From Alphaproteobacteria bacterium (GTDB lineage: Bacteria; Pseudomonadota; Alphaproteobacteria; CALKHQ01), in contig CBDDFZ010000001.1 in the NCBI GenBank assembly GCA_965227515.1, positions 2,912,001-2,976,000 on the forward strand: a stretch of 64,000 bases of DNA. The letters run 5' to 3'. Positions 1 through 11,500 of the stretch are shown one piece after another; within the stretch, counting starts at the first letter, position 1; every line of letters starts with the position of its first letter. The notes beneath the pieces were generated by a model. The model ran no database searches and was not told where the DNA came from. It was given only the letters and a program-made list of their open reading frames with translations. A program made the position numbers and the translations under genes.

Positions 1-618
1 CTCCTCGTCATGCTCTAGCTCGGCGAGCGCAAGCACATGAGCCGTCACGTCGTTGATGGTGTCGCGGTCGAAATTCGGCATATCGCCGAAAGCCGGCATC
101 TGCGAGAACCGAGTCTCTATCGGGTCGTGGCGCACGCCATAGGCAATGGTGGTGTGAATGTCCGCCAGCGTGCCGCCCCACAACCAATCGTCGTCGGCCA
201 GCACCGGATAGCCGCCGTCCTGACCGGCACCGCCCAGCCCATGGCACGGCGCGCAGTTGTCGGCGAACGCGGCCCGGCCGCCGACCAGGGCGAACGACAG
301 CAGGTCGGGATCGTCGACGATCTCTTCCAGCGGGGTGTCCGCCATCGCCTGAAACATGCCGCTTTGCGCACCGCGGGCGTCCTCAAGGCGGGATTCCAGC
401 ACCACGCGCTCCTGGCGGCCGAGCACGCCCTCGAAGTAGCCCGTGAACCACGGGATCGACGGGTACAGCACGAAATAGAGCACCGCGATGCCGATGGTCA
501 CGTAGAAGACGTACAGCCACCAGCGCGGCAACGGCAGGTCGTACTCCTGAATGCCGTCCCAGGAATGGCCGGTGGTCGTGTGCGCGGGGCCCGCATCCTT
601 TTCGGTTTTCGTCGGCAT
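1..618 (-). CDS. ccoP: cbb3-type cytochrome c oxidase subunit III (C-terminus runs off window)
   Basis: Manual translation from ATG at 618: TTGHSWDGIQEYDLPLPRWW, heme motif FADNCAPCHG, YPVLADDDWLWGG; downstream of ccoQ. Confidence 0.95.
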   Translation of the reverse strand, partial: MPTKTEKDAGPAHTTTGHSWDGIQEYDLPLPRWWLYVFYVTIGIAVLYFVLYPSIPWFTGYFEGVLGRQERVVLESRLEDARGAQSGMFQAMADTPLEEIVDDPDLLSFALVGGRAAFADNCAPCHGLGGAGQDGGYPVLADDDWLWGGTLADIHTTIAYGVRHDPIETRFSQMPAFGDMPNFDRDTINDVTAHVLALAELEHDEE

Positions 619-624
619 CCGGGT

Positions 625-837
625 TCAGTCCTTATCCTCGGCCTTGCGGCTGCGCGCGGCGTTGTCGCGCTTTCCGGGCTCACGGGTCGGCATCTCGTCG
701 TCTTCCAGCGGAATGCGGGCGGCATGCTCGAACTTGGCCTTGTTCGACGGCCACAGGGCGTACGCCACGATGCCCAGGAACAACAGCAGCAGCCACACCA
801 CCCAGAGCGAACGGATCCATTCGTAGGCGTTTTCCAT
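625..837 (-). CDS. ccoQ: cbb3 oxidase subunit IV
   Basis: 70 aa, one TM, WPSNKAKFEHAARIPL motif; lies between ccoO and ccoP. Confidence 0.9.
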   Translation of the reverse strand: MENAYEWIRSLWVVWLLLLFLGIVAYALWPSNKAKFEHAARIPLEDDEMPTREPGKRDNAARSRKAEDKD

Positions 838-855
838 CTGCTTCGGCTCCTTCGC

Positions 856-1587
856 CTATTGCAGCAGTTCTTCGGTGGTGTAGTCGGCGAACTCCACCAT
901 CCGGCCCAGGATCTGCAGATAGGCGACCAGCGCATCCATCTCGCTGATCATGTCGGGGTTGCCGTCGAAGTCACCGGCGGCGGCCCGGGGATAGCGCTCC
1001 AGAAGATCGCGCGTGCTGCCGGTCGCACCGGCTTGGGCGGCAATGTCCTCCGCGGCGGCTGCGATCATGTCGTCGTCATAGGGCACGCCCACCGCCCGCA
1101 ACGCCAGCAGGTGCTCGGAGATGTCGTCGAACTCGATCGGCTCGTCGAGCAGGAACGGATAGCCCGGCATGATCGACTGCGGCACCACCGCGCGCGGGTC
1201 GACCAAATGGGCGACGTGCCAGGCGTCGGAGTACTTGCCGCCGACGCGCGCAAGGTCGGGCCCGGTACGTTTCGACCCCCATTGGAACGGGTGGTCGAAC
1301 ATGCTTTCCGCCGCCAGGCTGTAGTGGCCGTAGCGCTCCACCTCGTCGCGGAACGGGCGCACCATCTGGCTGTGGCAGTTGTAGCAGCCCTCGCGGAGGT
1401 AGATGTTGCGCCCCATCAGTTCCAGCGGGGAGTAGGGACGCACCCCGTCCACCGGCTCGATGGTCGACTTGATCGTGTGCAACGGCACGATCTCGACGAT
1501 GCCGCCGATGGCGATGGTGATCAGGATCAGCACCGCCAGCAGGGTGACGTTCTTCTCGGCGCGATTATGCAGGTTCAGTCCCGGCAT
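856..1587 (-). CDS. ccoO: cbb3 oxidase subunit II
   Basis: From MPGLNL: [38 protein letters not shown]. Confidence 0.96.
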   Translation of the reverse strand: MPGLNLHNRAEKNVTLLAVLILITIAIGGIVEIVPLHTIKSTIEPVDGVRPYSPLELMGRNIYLREGCYNCHSQMVRPFRDEVERYGHYSLAAESMFDHPFQWGSKRTGPDLARVGGKYSDAWHVAHLVDPRAVVPQSIMPGYPFLLDEPIEFDDISEHLLALRAVGVPYDDDMIAAAAEDIAAQAGATGSTRDLLERYPRAAAGDFDGNPDMISEMDALVAYLQILGRMVEFADYTTEELLQ

Positions 1588-1592
1588 GGCCG

Positions 1593-3116
1593 TCACTCCG
1601 CCGGTTGCGCGCCAAGCCCCGGCGCCGTGCTGGGCTCGGCCTGGTCGGCCGGCTCGGCAACGTCGCCGCGGATGGTGCGGATCAGGTTGTAGGCCATGAT
1701 CAGAGCGCCGAGCAGGAACAGAATGCCGCCCGCCGCGCGGATCAGATAGAACGGATGCATCGCCTCGACCGTCTCGACGAACGAGTACTGCAGGAATCCT
1801 AGCGCGTCGTAAGCCCGCCACATCAGGCCCTGCATGATGCCGGAGACCCACATCGCGGTGATGTAGAGCAGGATGCCGATGGTCGCGATCCAGAAGTGCC
1901 AGCTCACCAGGCGCAGCGAATAGAGGCCGGCACGGCCCCACAGCCGCGGCACCATGTAGTAGATGACGCCGAAGGAGATGAACGCGACCCAGCCGAGCGC
2001 GCCGGAATGCACGTGGCCGATGGTCCAGTCGGTGTAGTGGCTGAGCGCATTGACTTCGCGCACCGACATCAGCGGGCCCTCGAAGGTGCTCATGCCGTAG
2101 AAGGCGACGGAGATCACCATCATCCTGAGCACCGGGTCGGTCCTGAGTTTGTCCCAGGCGCCCGACAGCGTCATGATGCCGTTGATCATGCCGCCCCATG
2201 ACGGCATCCACAGCATGACCGAGAACGCCATGCCCAGGGTCTGCGCCCAGTCGGGCAGGGCGGTGTAGTGCAGGTGGTGCGGGCCGGCCCAGATGTACAG
2301 GAAGATCAGCGACCAGAAGTGGACGATGGACAGCCGGTAGGAATAGACCGGCCGGTTCGCGCGCTTCGGCACGAAATAGTACATCATCGCCAGGAAGCCT
2401 GCGGTCAGGAAGAAGCCGACCGCGTTGTGGCCGTACCACCACTGGGTCAGCGCATCCTGCACGCCGGCGAACAGCGAGTAGCTCTTGGCGCCGAACCAGT
2501 CCACCGGCACCGCCAGGTTGTTGCCGATGTGCAGCACGGCGATGGTCAGGATGAAGGCGAGGTAGAACCAGTTCGCCACATAGATATGCGGCTCCTTGCG
2601 CTTCATCAGCGTGCCGGCGAAGACCACCAGGTAGACGACCCAGACAATGGTCAGCCACAGGTCGGCGTACCACTCCGGCTCGGCGTATTCGCGGCCCTGG
2701 GTGATGCCCATGATGTAGCCGAGCGCGGCCATCACGATGAACAGCTGATAGCCCCAGAACAGGAACATGCCCGCACCCCAGCCGCCGAACATGCGGGCCC
2801 GGGTGGTGCGCTGGACGACATAGAGCGATGAGCCGAACAGGATGTTGCCGCCGAACGCGAAGATAGCGGCGGAGGTGTGGACCGGGCGCAGGCGCCCGAA
2901 GGTGAGATACTCGAAGTCGAAGTTCAGCGCCGGGAACGCGAGCTGCAGGGCGATGAAGACGCCAGCCAGGAACGCCACCACGCCCCAGAACATGGCCGCC
3001 AGCACGAACAGTCGCACCGGCTCCATCTCGTAAACGACGGCCCGGTCGGGCTCGGCCGGACCGTGCCGCACCGACTCCGCGGCGCCGGCATGTTCTTCTG
3101 CGACGGTCGCGCTCAT
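1593..3116 (-). CDS. ccoN: cbb3 oxidase subunit I
   Basis: [38 protein letters not shown]; start taken at MSATV. Confidence 0.97.
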   Translation of the reverse strand: MSATVAEEHAGAAESVRHGPAEPDRAVVYEMEPVRLFVLAAMFWGVVAFLAGVFIALQLAFPALNFDFEYLTFGRLRPVHTSAAIFAFGGNILFGSSLYVVQRTTRARMFGGWGAGMFLFWGYQLFIVMAALGYIMGITQGREYAEPEWYADLWLTIVWVVYLVVFAGTLMKRKEPHIYVANWFYLAFILTIAVLHIGNNLAVPVDWFGAKSYSLFAGVQDALTQWWYGHNAVGFFLTAGFLAMMYYFVPKRANRPVYSYRLSIVHFWSLIFLYIWAGPHHLHYTALPDWAQTLGMAFSVMLWMPSWGGMINGIMTLSGAWDKLRTDPVLRMMVISVAFYGMSTFEGPLMSVREVNALSHYTDWTIGHVHSGALGWVAFISFGVIYYMVPRLWGRAGLYSLRLVSWHFWIATIGILLYITAMWVSGIMQGLMWRAYDALGFLQYSFVETVEAMHPFYLIRAAGGILFLLGALIMAYNLIRTIRGDVAEPADQAEPSTAPGLGAQPAE

Positions 3117-3297
3117 GACGCTTTGTCCGATTCCATGTTCGCTCAACCTCGAATGGATCAAGTCTGTTCTACAGGCAGCGTACTACTGAGCCGACAAATT
3201 AGTTTCGAGTCCGAATTGTATCGGGTCGAAATCGAAGTTTGTCGACACGAATTCTGGCGCCGCACAAGATGTGACTGGAGCGTCACTTTCTGTCACC

Positions 3298-3329
3298 TAG
3301 CCGACTTGTCGCAGCACAATTTGTCGCAG
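3298..3329. promoter_or_regulatory. putative RegA/RegR(PrrA)-type binding sites
   Basis: Two TGTCGCA half-sites (GCCGACTTGTCGCAGCACAATTTGTCGCA) in the ccoN/DUF2189 divergent region; resembles GCGNC..GTCGC RegA/RegR boxes. Confidence 0.45.
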
Positions 3330-3444
3330 TGCTCAACCGGGAAGCACTCGGAATATTATAGTTGCATACGCTTGATAACAACGAACGCAGTGTCGGCATC
3401 TACTGGACGCCGACAGATGCGCGAAAGGAACGGGGTGCGCCGGC

Positions 3445-4266
3445 ATGGCGGATGCAGTGGCCGATAAAGTGATGGGTTCGAAACATCCGGTCGTGCGGCG
3501 CGTCGACATGGATCAGCCCTGGTCGTGGCTTGCGGCGGGATGGCGCGACCTGTGGCGCGCGCCGGCGCTGGGCCTGACCTATGGTCTGGTGTTCGCGGTT
3601 ATCGGCGCGGTGCTGACGTGGATCGTGATCGCGGAGGAAGTCTATTACCTGACCTTTCCGCTGATGGCCGGCTTCCTGCTGGTCGGCCCGATCGTCGCGG
3701 CCGGGCTGTATGAGACCAGCCGCCGCCTGGGCGCCGGCGAACCGCCGGCTGCCGGGGCCATGTTGGCGGGGCTGCGCCGCAATCCCAGCCAGATCGCGTT
3801 CTTCGGCGTCATTCTGCTGCTGTTCAATATCGCCTGGGTGCGACTGGCCTCGCTGCTGTTCATGCTGTACTTCAGCGACGGACCGCCGCCGGTCGATCCG
3901 GCAGGCTTTCTTGAGGCGGTGATCTCAATCGAGGCGATACCGTTCCTGATCATCGGCAACGTGATCGGCGCGGTGCTGGCGGCGCTCGTATTCGCGATCA
4001 GCGCCGTTTCGATTCCCCTGCTGGTGGACCGTCCCGACGCCAATGTGTTCACGGCCGTCGTCGCGAGCTGGCAAGCGGTCACCCACAACAAGGCGACGAT
4101 GTTCCTGTGGGCGTGGCTGATCGTGCTGTTCATCGGCATCGGCGTCGCAACCGCCTTTATCGGGCTGATCGTGACATTGCCATTGATCGGGCATGCGACC
4201 TGGGCCGCCTATCGCGATACGATCGAATGGCCCGACGAGGGCGCGGAAGGAGAGGCAGACAAGTGA
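3445..4266 (+). CDS. DUF2189-type integral membrane protein
   Basis: WLAAGWRDLWRAP, GFLLVGP..AAGLYETSRR, PLIGHATWAAYRD; family often found near cco genes. Confidence 0.85.
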   Translation: MADAVADKVMGSKHPVVRRVDMDQPWSWLAAGWRDLWRAPALGLTYGLVFAVIGAVLTWIVIAEEVYYLTFPLMAGFLLVGPIVAAGLYETSRRLGAGEPPAAGAMLAGLRRNPSQIAFFGVILLLFNIAWVRLASLLFMLYFSDGPPPVDPAGFLEAVISIEAIPFLIIGNVIGAVLAALVFAISAVSIPLLVDRPDANVFTAVVASWQAVTHNKATMFLWAWLIVLFIGIGVATAFIGLIVTLPLIGHATWAAYRDTIEWPDEGAEGEADK

Positions 4267-4508
4267 CCACCGACGAGAATGCGGTCGCGCCCGGAACCGG
4301 CGCGGCGCCCTGGGTGCTGGGCGGGATTATCAGCCTGATCGGCCTGTTGGGCCTGATCGCGGCGAGCGCGACCGGCGACGGGCCGGTCTACGTGATCGGT
4401 CTCGTTGTCTTTCTGGTCAGCGTGCTGTCCATCTTCGCGCTGATTGCCCGGTTCGCGGGGCGCAAGGGCCCCAGGACGCTGCAACCGGATTCGCTCCCCA
4501 GCGACTAG
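4263..4508 (+). CDS. small two-TM membrane protein
   Basis: GTG start overlapping the upstream stop (GTGA); two hydrophobic segments. Confidence 0.65.
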   Translation: MTTDENAVAPGTGAAPWVLGGIISLIGLLGLIAASATGDGPVYVIGLVVFLVSVLSIFALIARFAGRKGPRTLQPDSLPSD

Positions 4509-4548
4509 ATAATCTTGCGCTTGCGCTTGCGCTAAGTCGGCGCCGGCC

Positions 4549-6447
4549 TTACGGCTGCGCGGCACCCACGGCGGCGAGTGCGCCGGCCAGATGGGCCAAC
4601 GACAGCGCGCGTTCCGTCGCAACAGTCAGACGATGCGCCGCGGAGAAGCCTTCCGCCAACACTGATGCCGCGTCGTCGGGGCACGGTGTCGCCAGCGCGA
4701 ACGCGACGTTGGCCATGGCGTGCGACCGAAGCGAATCCTCGACATTGCCGACCTGGGACACGGCAAGCGCGCATTCGCCGATGTCGGCGGTTGCCATGGC
4801 GATCTCCATCCAGGCTTCGCCCTGCCAGTGATCGGACACGTGTGGCACCAGGGCGGCAGCGCCGTCCGGGTCGCCAGACCGCGCCTTCGCCGCTGCCAGG
4901 TTCACCAGCGTCCTGTCGTTGAGGGAAGGAGCACCGCCGTCGACCAGGGCCGTCGCCTGTGCCAATGCTTCTTCGACGCCTTCGCGTGCGCCTGCCATGG
5001 CCGCAGCCGCGATCAGGGTGAGGAGATGGAGCTGGTCGTCCGGGTCGTCGCCTTGCATTGCCATGACAATCGCCTGGTCCGCCGCCCCGGCGTCGGTCAT
5101 GGCTTCGACCAGGACCTCCAGTCCGGCTTGCCGCTCGACCGCGCGGGCTTCGCCCAACAGGGCATTGGCCTCGGCGAAATGGCCGGTGCCGATCAGGGCC
5201 TCAAGCAGGGTGTCGTCATCGCCAATGAAGGCCGGTGGCGCGGCATAGGCCATCGCTTCCTCGGTGCGGTCCAGATGGACCAGCGCGGCGCCGACCACCG
5301 GGGTCTCGAAGGAGTCCAGGGCGTCGGGATCGTCAAACTCGTCGACGATGAGCTGCGCGAGCGTCGCCACTGACTGATCCAGCCCTTGGCCGGCGAGCCG
5401 GCCGAGCAATTGCGCGAGGAACGGCAGGCGGTCCGCTTCGGCATAGCCGGCAACCGCCGGTTCGGCTGCCACCCAGCCATCGACGGCGATCCGGCCGGCC
5501 AGCGCGGCCGCCGAGGCGCCGGCGACGTGCGCAACCTCGTCCGCCATATCCAGTCGGCCGCGGGCGACCCATGCATCCGCCAGCAGCGCGAACGCGTTCA
5601 GCGCATCTCGCCTCCAGTCGGGCGTGCCGCTGCGCGAGACGAGGCGCAGGATGTCCGTGGCCTCGTCGAGCCGGTCACCGGCAATCAACGTATCGACGGC
5701 GCTGAAAACGAAGGCTTCGCTGTCGCCCGTGTTCGGCATCGCGCCGATCGTCGCCACAATGGTCTCGACGTCGCCGACCTCTGCCAACATGGCTGCAACT
5801 TCCAACGATTGCAGGATTGCCTGCCTGTCGCTCGCGGCAATGACGCGGTCGATCTCGCGCAAAGCAGCTTGTGCCGCCGCGCGGGCTTCGTCGGCGAGGC
5901 CGACGTCCGACAGCGCGCCCACGACATAGGAGAGCACGAACACGTGGCGACCACGGTCGGCGAACAGACCGTAGCCTCTGCCGATATCGCTGTAGTCGAG
6001 GCCCGAGGACAGTGCGGCCTGAATCGACCCGTCGGACAGGCAGTCGACGGTGGGCGCCGCGATACAGGACTCAAGGTCCGCGAGGCCCTGGACATTGGCA
6101 ATCGACTGGTCCAGGTCTTCCAGGCGTACGGTTGGCCTGTCGAAGGATGTCGCCAACATGACGGCGAGGTCGGTGTCCGCATAGTCGGTAACGATGGAGT
6201 GGATCAGAGTGCGCGCCTCGACGTAGTACGCCATGGCTGCGGCCGGATCCGTGGCCGCGCCATCGGCGATTTGGCGCAGCGCGAGTTCGCCCTGCCAAAG
6301 GGCTTCGCTCGCTTGATCCAGCAGCGCCTCCGCGGCAGCGGCGCGCTCGGTCGCGCTGTCCTGGCCGAAGCTGGCGGACGACAGCGGCACGGCCATGGCC
6401 GCCGCCAGCGCGACGGCAACCCACGATCGGGCGGGGAGGTTGCTCAT
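4549..6447 (-). CDS. secreted alpha-helical (TPR-like) repeat protein
   Basis: N-terminal signal peptide, Ala/Leu/Asp-rich helical repeats, CIAAPTVDC motif. Confidence 0.75.
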   Translation of the reverse strand: MSNLPARSWVAVALAAAMAVPLSSASFGQDSATERAAAAEALLDQASEALWQGELALRQIADGAATDPAAAMAYYVEARTLIHSIVTDYADTDLAVMLATSFDRPTVRLEDLDQSIANVQGLADLESCIAAPTVDCLSDGSIQAALSSGLDYSDIGRGYGLFADRGRHVFVLSYVVGALSDVGLADEARAAAQAALREIDRVIAASDRQAILQSLEVAAMLAEVGDVETIVATIGAMPNTGDSEAFVFSAVDTLIAGDRLDEATDILRLVSRSGTPDWRRDALNAFALLADAWVARGRLDMADEVAHVAGASAAALAGRIAVDGWVAAEPAVAGYAEADRLPFLAQLLGRLAGQGLDQSVATLAQLIVDEFDDPDALDSFETPVVGAALVHLDRTEEAMAYAAPPAFIGDDDTLLEALIGTGHFAEANALLGEARAVERQAGLEVLVEAMTDAGAADQAIVMAMQGDDPDDQLHLLTLIAAAAMAGAREGVEEALAQATALVDGGAPSLNDRTLVNLAAAKARSGDPDGAAALVPHVSDHWQGEAWMEIAMATADIGECALAVSQVGNVEDSLRSHAMANVAFALATPCPDDAASVLAEGFSAAHRLTVATERALSLAHLAGALAAVGAAQP

Positions 6448-8207
6448 TGCCCGTCCTCCGACAGTGCGACCGCTGCGGTCGCGGCCAGCGACATCAGGTA
6501 GGCGCGGTCCTTCGGTTCCGCCGCCGCCTCGGCCAGTGCGATCATGTCGTCGATGACGTCACGCGCAGCGTCGACGTCCCCTACCTGGGCGAGGGCGGTC
6601 ACGATGTCGCGCAGGCCCGCCTGGCGCAGTAATGGCCGTTCGATCCCGTTGAGTGACGCGAGCGTTTCCTCAAGGGCGGGCCCTCCCTCTCGCACCAGTC
6701 GTTGCACGATGATCTGCGCCCGCAGCGTTTCGCGCTGGTCCTCGCGGATAAACGCCCGCCACGCCAGTTCCATTTCTTCGGCGCGCTCGAATTCGCCGGC
6801 GCGGGCCAGCGCCGTCGCCAGCACAAGCGTTGCGTCGATGGTTTGCCGCGGCTCCAATGACATGAGCGCCCGCTCGGCCGCGTTGATCAGCGCCATCGCC
6901 TTTGCCTCTTCCCCTGCATCGATCATCGCGATCGCGACGGTCGCCATGGTCATGGCGCCGACCTGCGGCGGATAGATGGTCTTGGCGAAGTCGGCAGCGA
7001 TATCCAAGGCTCCGGCTTCGATCAACGTCGTGAGAATATCGCTCAGTTTGTAGTCCGGTTCCCTGGACAGGTAGCGCCCGGACCGGCCCGCCTCGGCTGC
7101 CTTGTCCATCACGCCGAGCTCGACCAAGGCCGCAATGGCATCGGACATGAACTGCGGGGCCGGCGCGGCCTCCGCCACTTGGCGAGCTGCGTCGTCCATG
7201 CCGATGTTGTGCAACGTGACGATTATGGACGCGTAAGTTAGGCCGGAACGGATCGGATCCGGTGCGTCCTCACCTTCTGCCGCCGCCAACGCCAGGAAGG
7301 CGGCATCCAGCATGGCGAGCGCCTCGCCCGTATCGCCACGAATGGCGGTAACAAGCGCGCCGCCCCCGATCACCTGATTCGGGTTGTCGAGGTCCAGTGG
7401 GGGCAGCAATGCCAGTGCGGGGTCAATGTCGCCGGCGCGCAGCAGCATGTGAGCCAATTGTTGTTCGCTGGACGCGTCCAACAGCTCGCGATCGATTTGC
7501 TCGGCGATGACAGGTATGGCACCGGGCATGTCGTGCAAGACAAGATCGAAGAATAGCCGCGACCACTCCCAGCCTTGATCGGCGGTTTCCATCGCTGCCA
7601 TGTCTTCGACCAATCGCGTGAGCACGGCGGTGTACGGTCCTTCGAGACGTGCAAAGGCGTACACATCGGTCAGCACCCGCCATTGAAACAACCGGTCGTC
7701 GGGGTCGTCTATCTCGGCAACGGCATCCAATGTCGCTGCCAGTGCGTCGCGGCCTGCGTCGTCGCGGCCGGCGAGATAGAGGTCGACGCTGATGGTGGCC
7801 AGGCTTTCGATCCGGTCGTCGACGTCGCCGATGACACGGCCCATCGCTATTGCGGCGTCGGCCAGGCAATCGGCGCCTGGATCGGCGCGGCACGCGTTCA
7901 CCGTGCCGCGCAACAGCGGTTCGGCAAAGATCTCTAGCGACACCAGGCCAATCGCGTCGCCGTCGCGCAGCATTTGCGCGTATTCGCTTTCGGGATGCTC
8001 CGCCAGGAAGGCCTGAAGGCGGTCCAGCGCCTGGCTGTGGAGGTTGAGCCGCTCCCGTTCATCCTCCTCGGCCAGCGCCGCCCGGAATGTCATCGCCGCT
8101 TCCACGATATGCGCCTGGGCCGTGCCGTCGGCCTTTGCGGCGGCGAATGGAAAGGCGAGCAACATGGCGGCCAAATACGTGCAAAGGCATCTTCCATGCG
8201 CAGTCAT
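6444..8207 (-). CDS. secreted alpha-helical (TPR-like) repeat protein, probable paralog of neighbour
   Basis: Signal peptide ending AAKA, CRADPGADC motif; 4-bp overlap with the downstream gene. Confidence 0.75.
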   Translation of the reverse strand: MTAHGRCLCTYLAAMLLAFPFAAAKADGTAQAHIVEAAMTFRAALAEEDERERLNLHSQALDRLQAFLAEHPESEYAQMLRDGDAIGLVSLEIFAEPLLRGTVNACRADPGADCLADAAIAMGRVIGDVDDRIESLATISVDLYLAGRDDAGRDALAATLDAVAEIDDPDDRLFQWRVLTDVYAFARLEGPYTAVLTRLVEDMAAMETADQGWEWSRLFFDLVLHDMPGAIPVIAEQIDRELLDASSEQQLAHMLLRAGDIDPALALLPPLDLDNPNQVIGGGALVTAIRGDTGEALAMLDAAFLALAAAEGEDAPDPIRSGLTYASIIVTLHNIGMDDAARQVAEAAPAPQFMSDAIAALVELGVMDKAAEAGRSGRYLSREPDYKLSDILTTLIEAGALDIAADFAKTIYPPQVGAMTMATVAIAMIDAGEEAKAMALINAAERALMSLEPRQTIDATLVLATALARAGEFERAEEMELAWRAFIREDQRETLRAQIIVQRLVREGGPALEETLASLNGIERPLLRQAGLRDIVTALAQVGDVDAARDVIDDMIALAEAAAEPKDRAYLMSLAATAAVALSEDGQ

Positions 8208-8542
8208 ATGGCGCGGCTCCGCTGACCGAATGCTGAAAGATTGCGCATGTTACCATCGTGGGCTCGTTTGGCCACACGATACAACCACTACATGAAAGCC
8301 CGCCGGAAGTCGGTGGAACACCTGAGGCGCTGCTCTTGTGTATTCTGCTTAGTCTTCAATATATCTTAGGTTAAAACGTCTTAATAATTGTAAAAATGCC
8401 ATCATTTTATCAAAAAAGCCGTCTGCTTTTTGAGGTGTCGGCACAATTGAACCATCTGGTTACTGAAATAGTTTCGAGTATTAACTGATTTGCAATCAGG
8501 GGGTGTCACTCATAGATCAATTTCGCGCGCAATCTAGCGAGG

Positions 8543-11500
8543 ATGACTAGCAGCATGGCGACGAATTCAGGCGACGGTGGGCAACTCGACAACGACCAGG
8601 ACGGCGCAGTCGAGCAGGTTACATCCCGATTGGATGCGGACCACTACCAGGTCGGTGACCTGGATGCGATTCAGGAAAGCCTTAGCGGCGGCGGCAGTTA
8701 CGCAGCCACTTCCGTGCAGGGCACCCCGATCCCTGAAGGTGGAGGCACGTTCGGTGACCTGGACGGCTACGATCCCGACCTGGATACAGGCGCCGGCACG
8801 GGCGGGCGCCAGTACGGCGACAGCAGCGGCAACATGGACCGCGGGTCGAGCGACGGCCAAGCCACCACGCCGAACGTCGGCGTCGGCAACGGCGACTTTG
8901 TTGTTGCGGCCAATTCCGCCGGTGTATCGCAAATGCTGGCCAATGGCGGGCCGCTGGTGGGCTGGGGCGCCGGCGCCGGTCAGAGCGGCGTCGAGTTCTT
9001 TTCGACTGAAATCAATAACAGCGCGTCGACCGAGATCAACGAATTCACCGATGACGGTCCCGGCGATCCCGACGATCCCGACCGGCCGGAGGATCCCGAC
9101 GGCCCCGATACCCCGGACAATCCCGACAATCCCGACAATCCCGACAATCCGGGCAGCGGCGATGTCGATATCACGCTCGACCTGATCACCGATGTCATCG
9201 GCATACCCGTCGTGGGCGACGTGGACGTGATCCTCGACCCGGTCGAGGAGGTGCTCGGCGACATCAATCTGGATATCGACGTCCTGCCGGACACCGGTGC
9301 GGTCAATGACGTCGCCGAGGCCGTGACCGATGCCGTCAGCGGCGTATCCGACGCTGTTGGAGGCGTTACCGACACTGTCGATAAGATCGTGGATGGCGTC
9401 CTGGGCGACGATATCGGTGTCGGCACCGTCACCGGCACGCTCTCTTCGGCAAGCGTGTCGGAGACCCTGGCAACCACGAAGGCGGCAGTCAGTGGCGCAA
9501 CCGGCACGTTCACCCGCATCGTCGGCAGCCCGAGTACGGTATTCGAACAGCTCGCGAACACGGAGACGCTGACCGACCCCGCCAGCATTGCCCGGGTGCT
9601 CGATGCCGAGGTGGGCTCGATCGTCGAGGCACCTGTGTCCCTGAGCGACAGCGTCGAAATCGTGTCCGACCTGGCATCGACGGAGTCGCTGACCAGCAGC
9701 GCGGACGAGATCCTGTCGATGGTCGACGATACCTCGCTTGCCGACGGCGTCTCGTCGATGGTCGAGGACACCGATGTCTCCGACACCATTGGGAACGTGC
9801 TGCCGGATATCGGCATATCGAGCGATGAGATAACCGCGATTGGCGGCGAGGACGGCATCGGTGGCGCGGATCTGTATTACGCGCCCACCGAGGAGGTTGC
9901 GGAAGTACTCGAGGTTGTTGCGCCTGCTGTCGAGGATGCGGCCGACACCGTTGCCGATGCCGGCGACACCGTTGTCGAGACGGTGGACAGCGTCGAGGAC
10001 GCAGTGGATGAGGCGGCTGCCGACGTCGAGGCCGTGGTGGAGGATGTCTCGGGGGCGGTTGAGGAGGCGGTCGAAGAGGCGGTCGATGCCGAGGCGGTCT
10101 TGGCTGAAGCCGACGATGTCGTGGCAGAGGTGTCGGAGAACGTGGACGAGGCCGTCGACGTCGACGATGTGATGGCCCAGGCCGACGACGCCTTGGCGGA
10201 CGTGGCCGATGCGGTGGAGACGATCGAAGACACGGTCGGCACCGACGATATCGCAGCACAGGTGGGCGAGGTGGCGGACACCGCCGACGATGCGGTCGCC
10301 ACTGTCGAAGAGACGGCCGGCACCGAAGAGGTGGTGGCGCAGGTCGACGATGCGGTCGGCGGCGCGGTCGATGTCGCCATGGACGCCGCGGCTTCGGTCG
10401 AAGAGGTTGCGGACGCGGTCGCAAGCGCCGTTGAGGACGTCGTGTCCGATGTCGACCCGATGGCCGAAGGGGGGCTGCTCGACCAGGCGATGGACGAGGG
10501 CCTGGGCAGTGGCGTGCTGGTCGACACCAACGACCTGGTCGATGGCGGCGAGGTGGACGTTGCGACCGGCCTGGCCGACATTTCGTCGGAGGACGGCGCG
10601 GACGGCGTTCTTGACGGTGCCCATGGCGATGCCCCAGGCGGCGACGGCGACGACGATCTAGTCGAGCAAGCGGCTGGCGATGTTCTGGGTGCCGTGGACG
10701 GTGCTCTTGGTGACGCCCTAGGCGGCGACGGCGGCGACGATCTGGTCGAGCAAGCGGCTGGCGATGTTCTGGGTGCCGTGGACGGTGCCCTTGGCGACGC
10801 CCCAGGCGGCGATGGCGGCGACGATCCGGTCGAGCAAGCGGCCGGCGATGTTCTGGACGCCGTGGACGGTGCCCTTGGTGACGCCCTCGGCGGTGGTGAC
10901 GGCGGCCTGGACGGGGAACCGTCCGAGGATGGCGACACCGACCTTGTCGTGGACGTCGATGCAGCGGTTGGCGACGTGGTTGTCGAGGCGGACGCCGATG
11001 TGGCGCTCGATCCTGTTGAGGCCGTGGTCGGCGACATCGACATCGAGGTCGATGTGGATGCCGTTCTCGGCCAGGTCGACCAGCCCGGTGTCGTGGACGG
11101 TGTGGTTGGCGACGCGCTCGACGGCGATGGCGGCGACGATCCGGTCGAGCAAGCGGCCGGCGATGTTCTGGACGCCGTGGACGGTGCCCTTGGTGACGCC
11201 CTCGGCGGTGGTGACGGCGGTCTGGACGGCGAACCGTCCGAAGATGGCGACACCGACCTTGTCGTGGACGTCGATGCGGCGGTTGGCGACGTGGCTGTCG
11301 AGGCGGACGCCGATGTGGTGCTCGATCCTGTTGAGGCCGTGGTCGGCGATATCGACATCGGGGTCGACGTGGATGCCGTTCTCGGCCAGGTCGACCAGCC
11401 CGGTGTCGTGGACGGTGCTCTTGGTGACGCCCTAGGCGGCGATGGCGGCGACGATCCGGTCGAGCAAGCTGCCGGCGATGTTCTGGACGCCGTGGACGGT

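Noticed and set aside
37-2673. Plus-strand 551-aa ORF and the long 5' extension of the ccoO ORF
   Set aside because: Both overlap well-supported cco genes in other frames; GC-rich shadow ORFs
3372-3385. FNR/FixK box for ccoN
   Set aside because: TTGATAACAACGAA has a poor second half-site and is ~250 bp from the start codon
8371-8384. CtrA box upstream of the giant protein gene
   Set aside because: TTAA-N6-TTAA has the wrong spacing and lies in a generally AT-rich region
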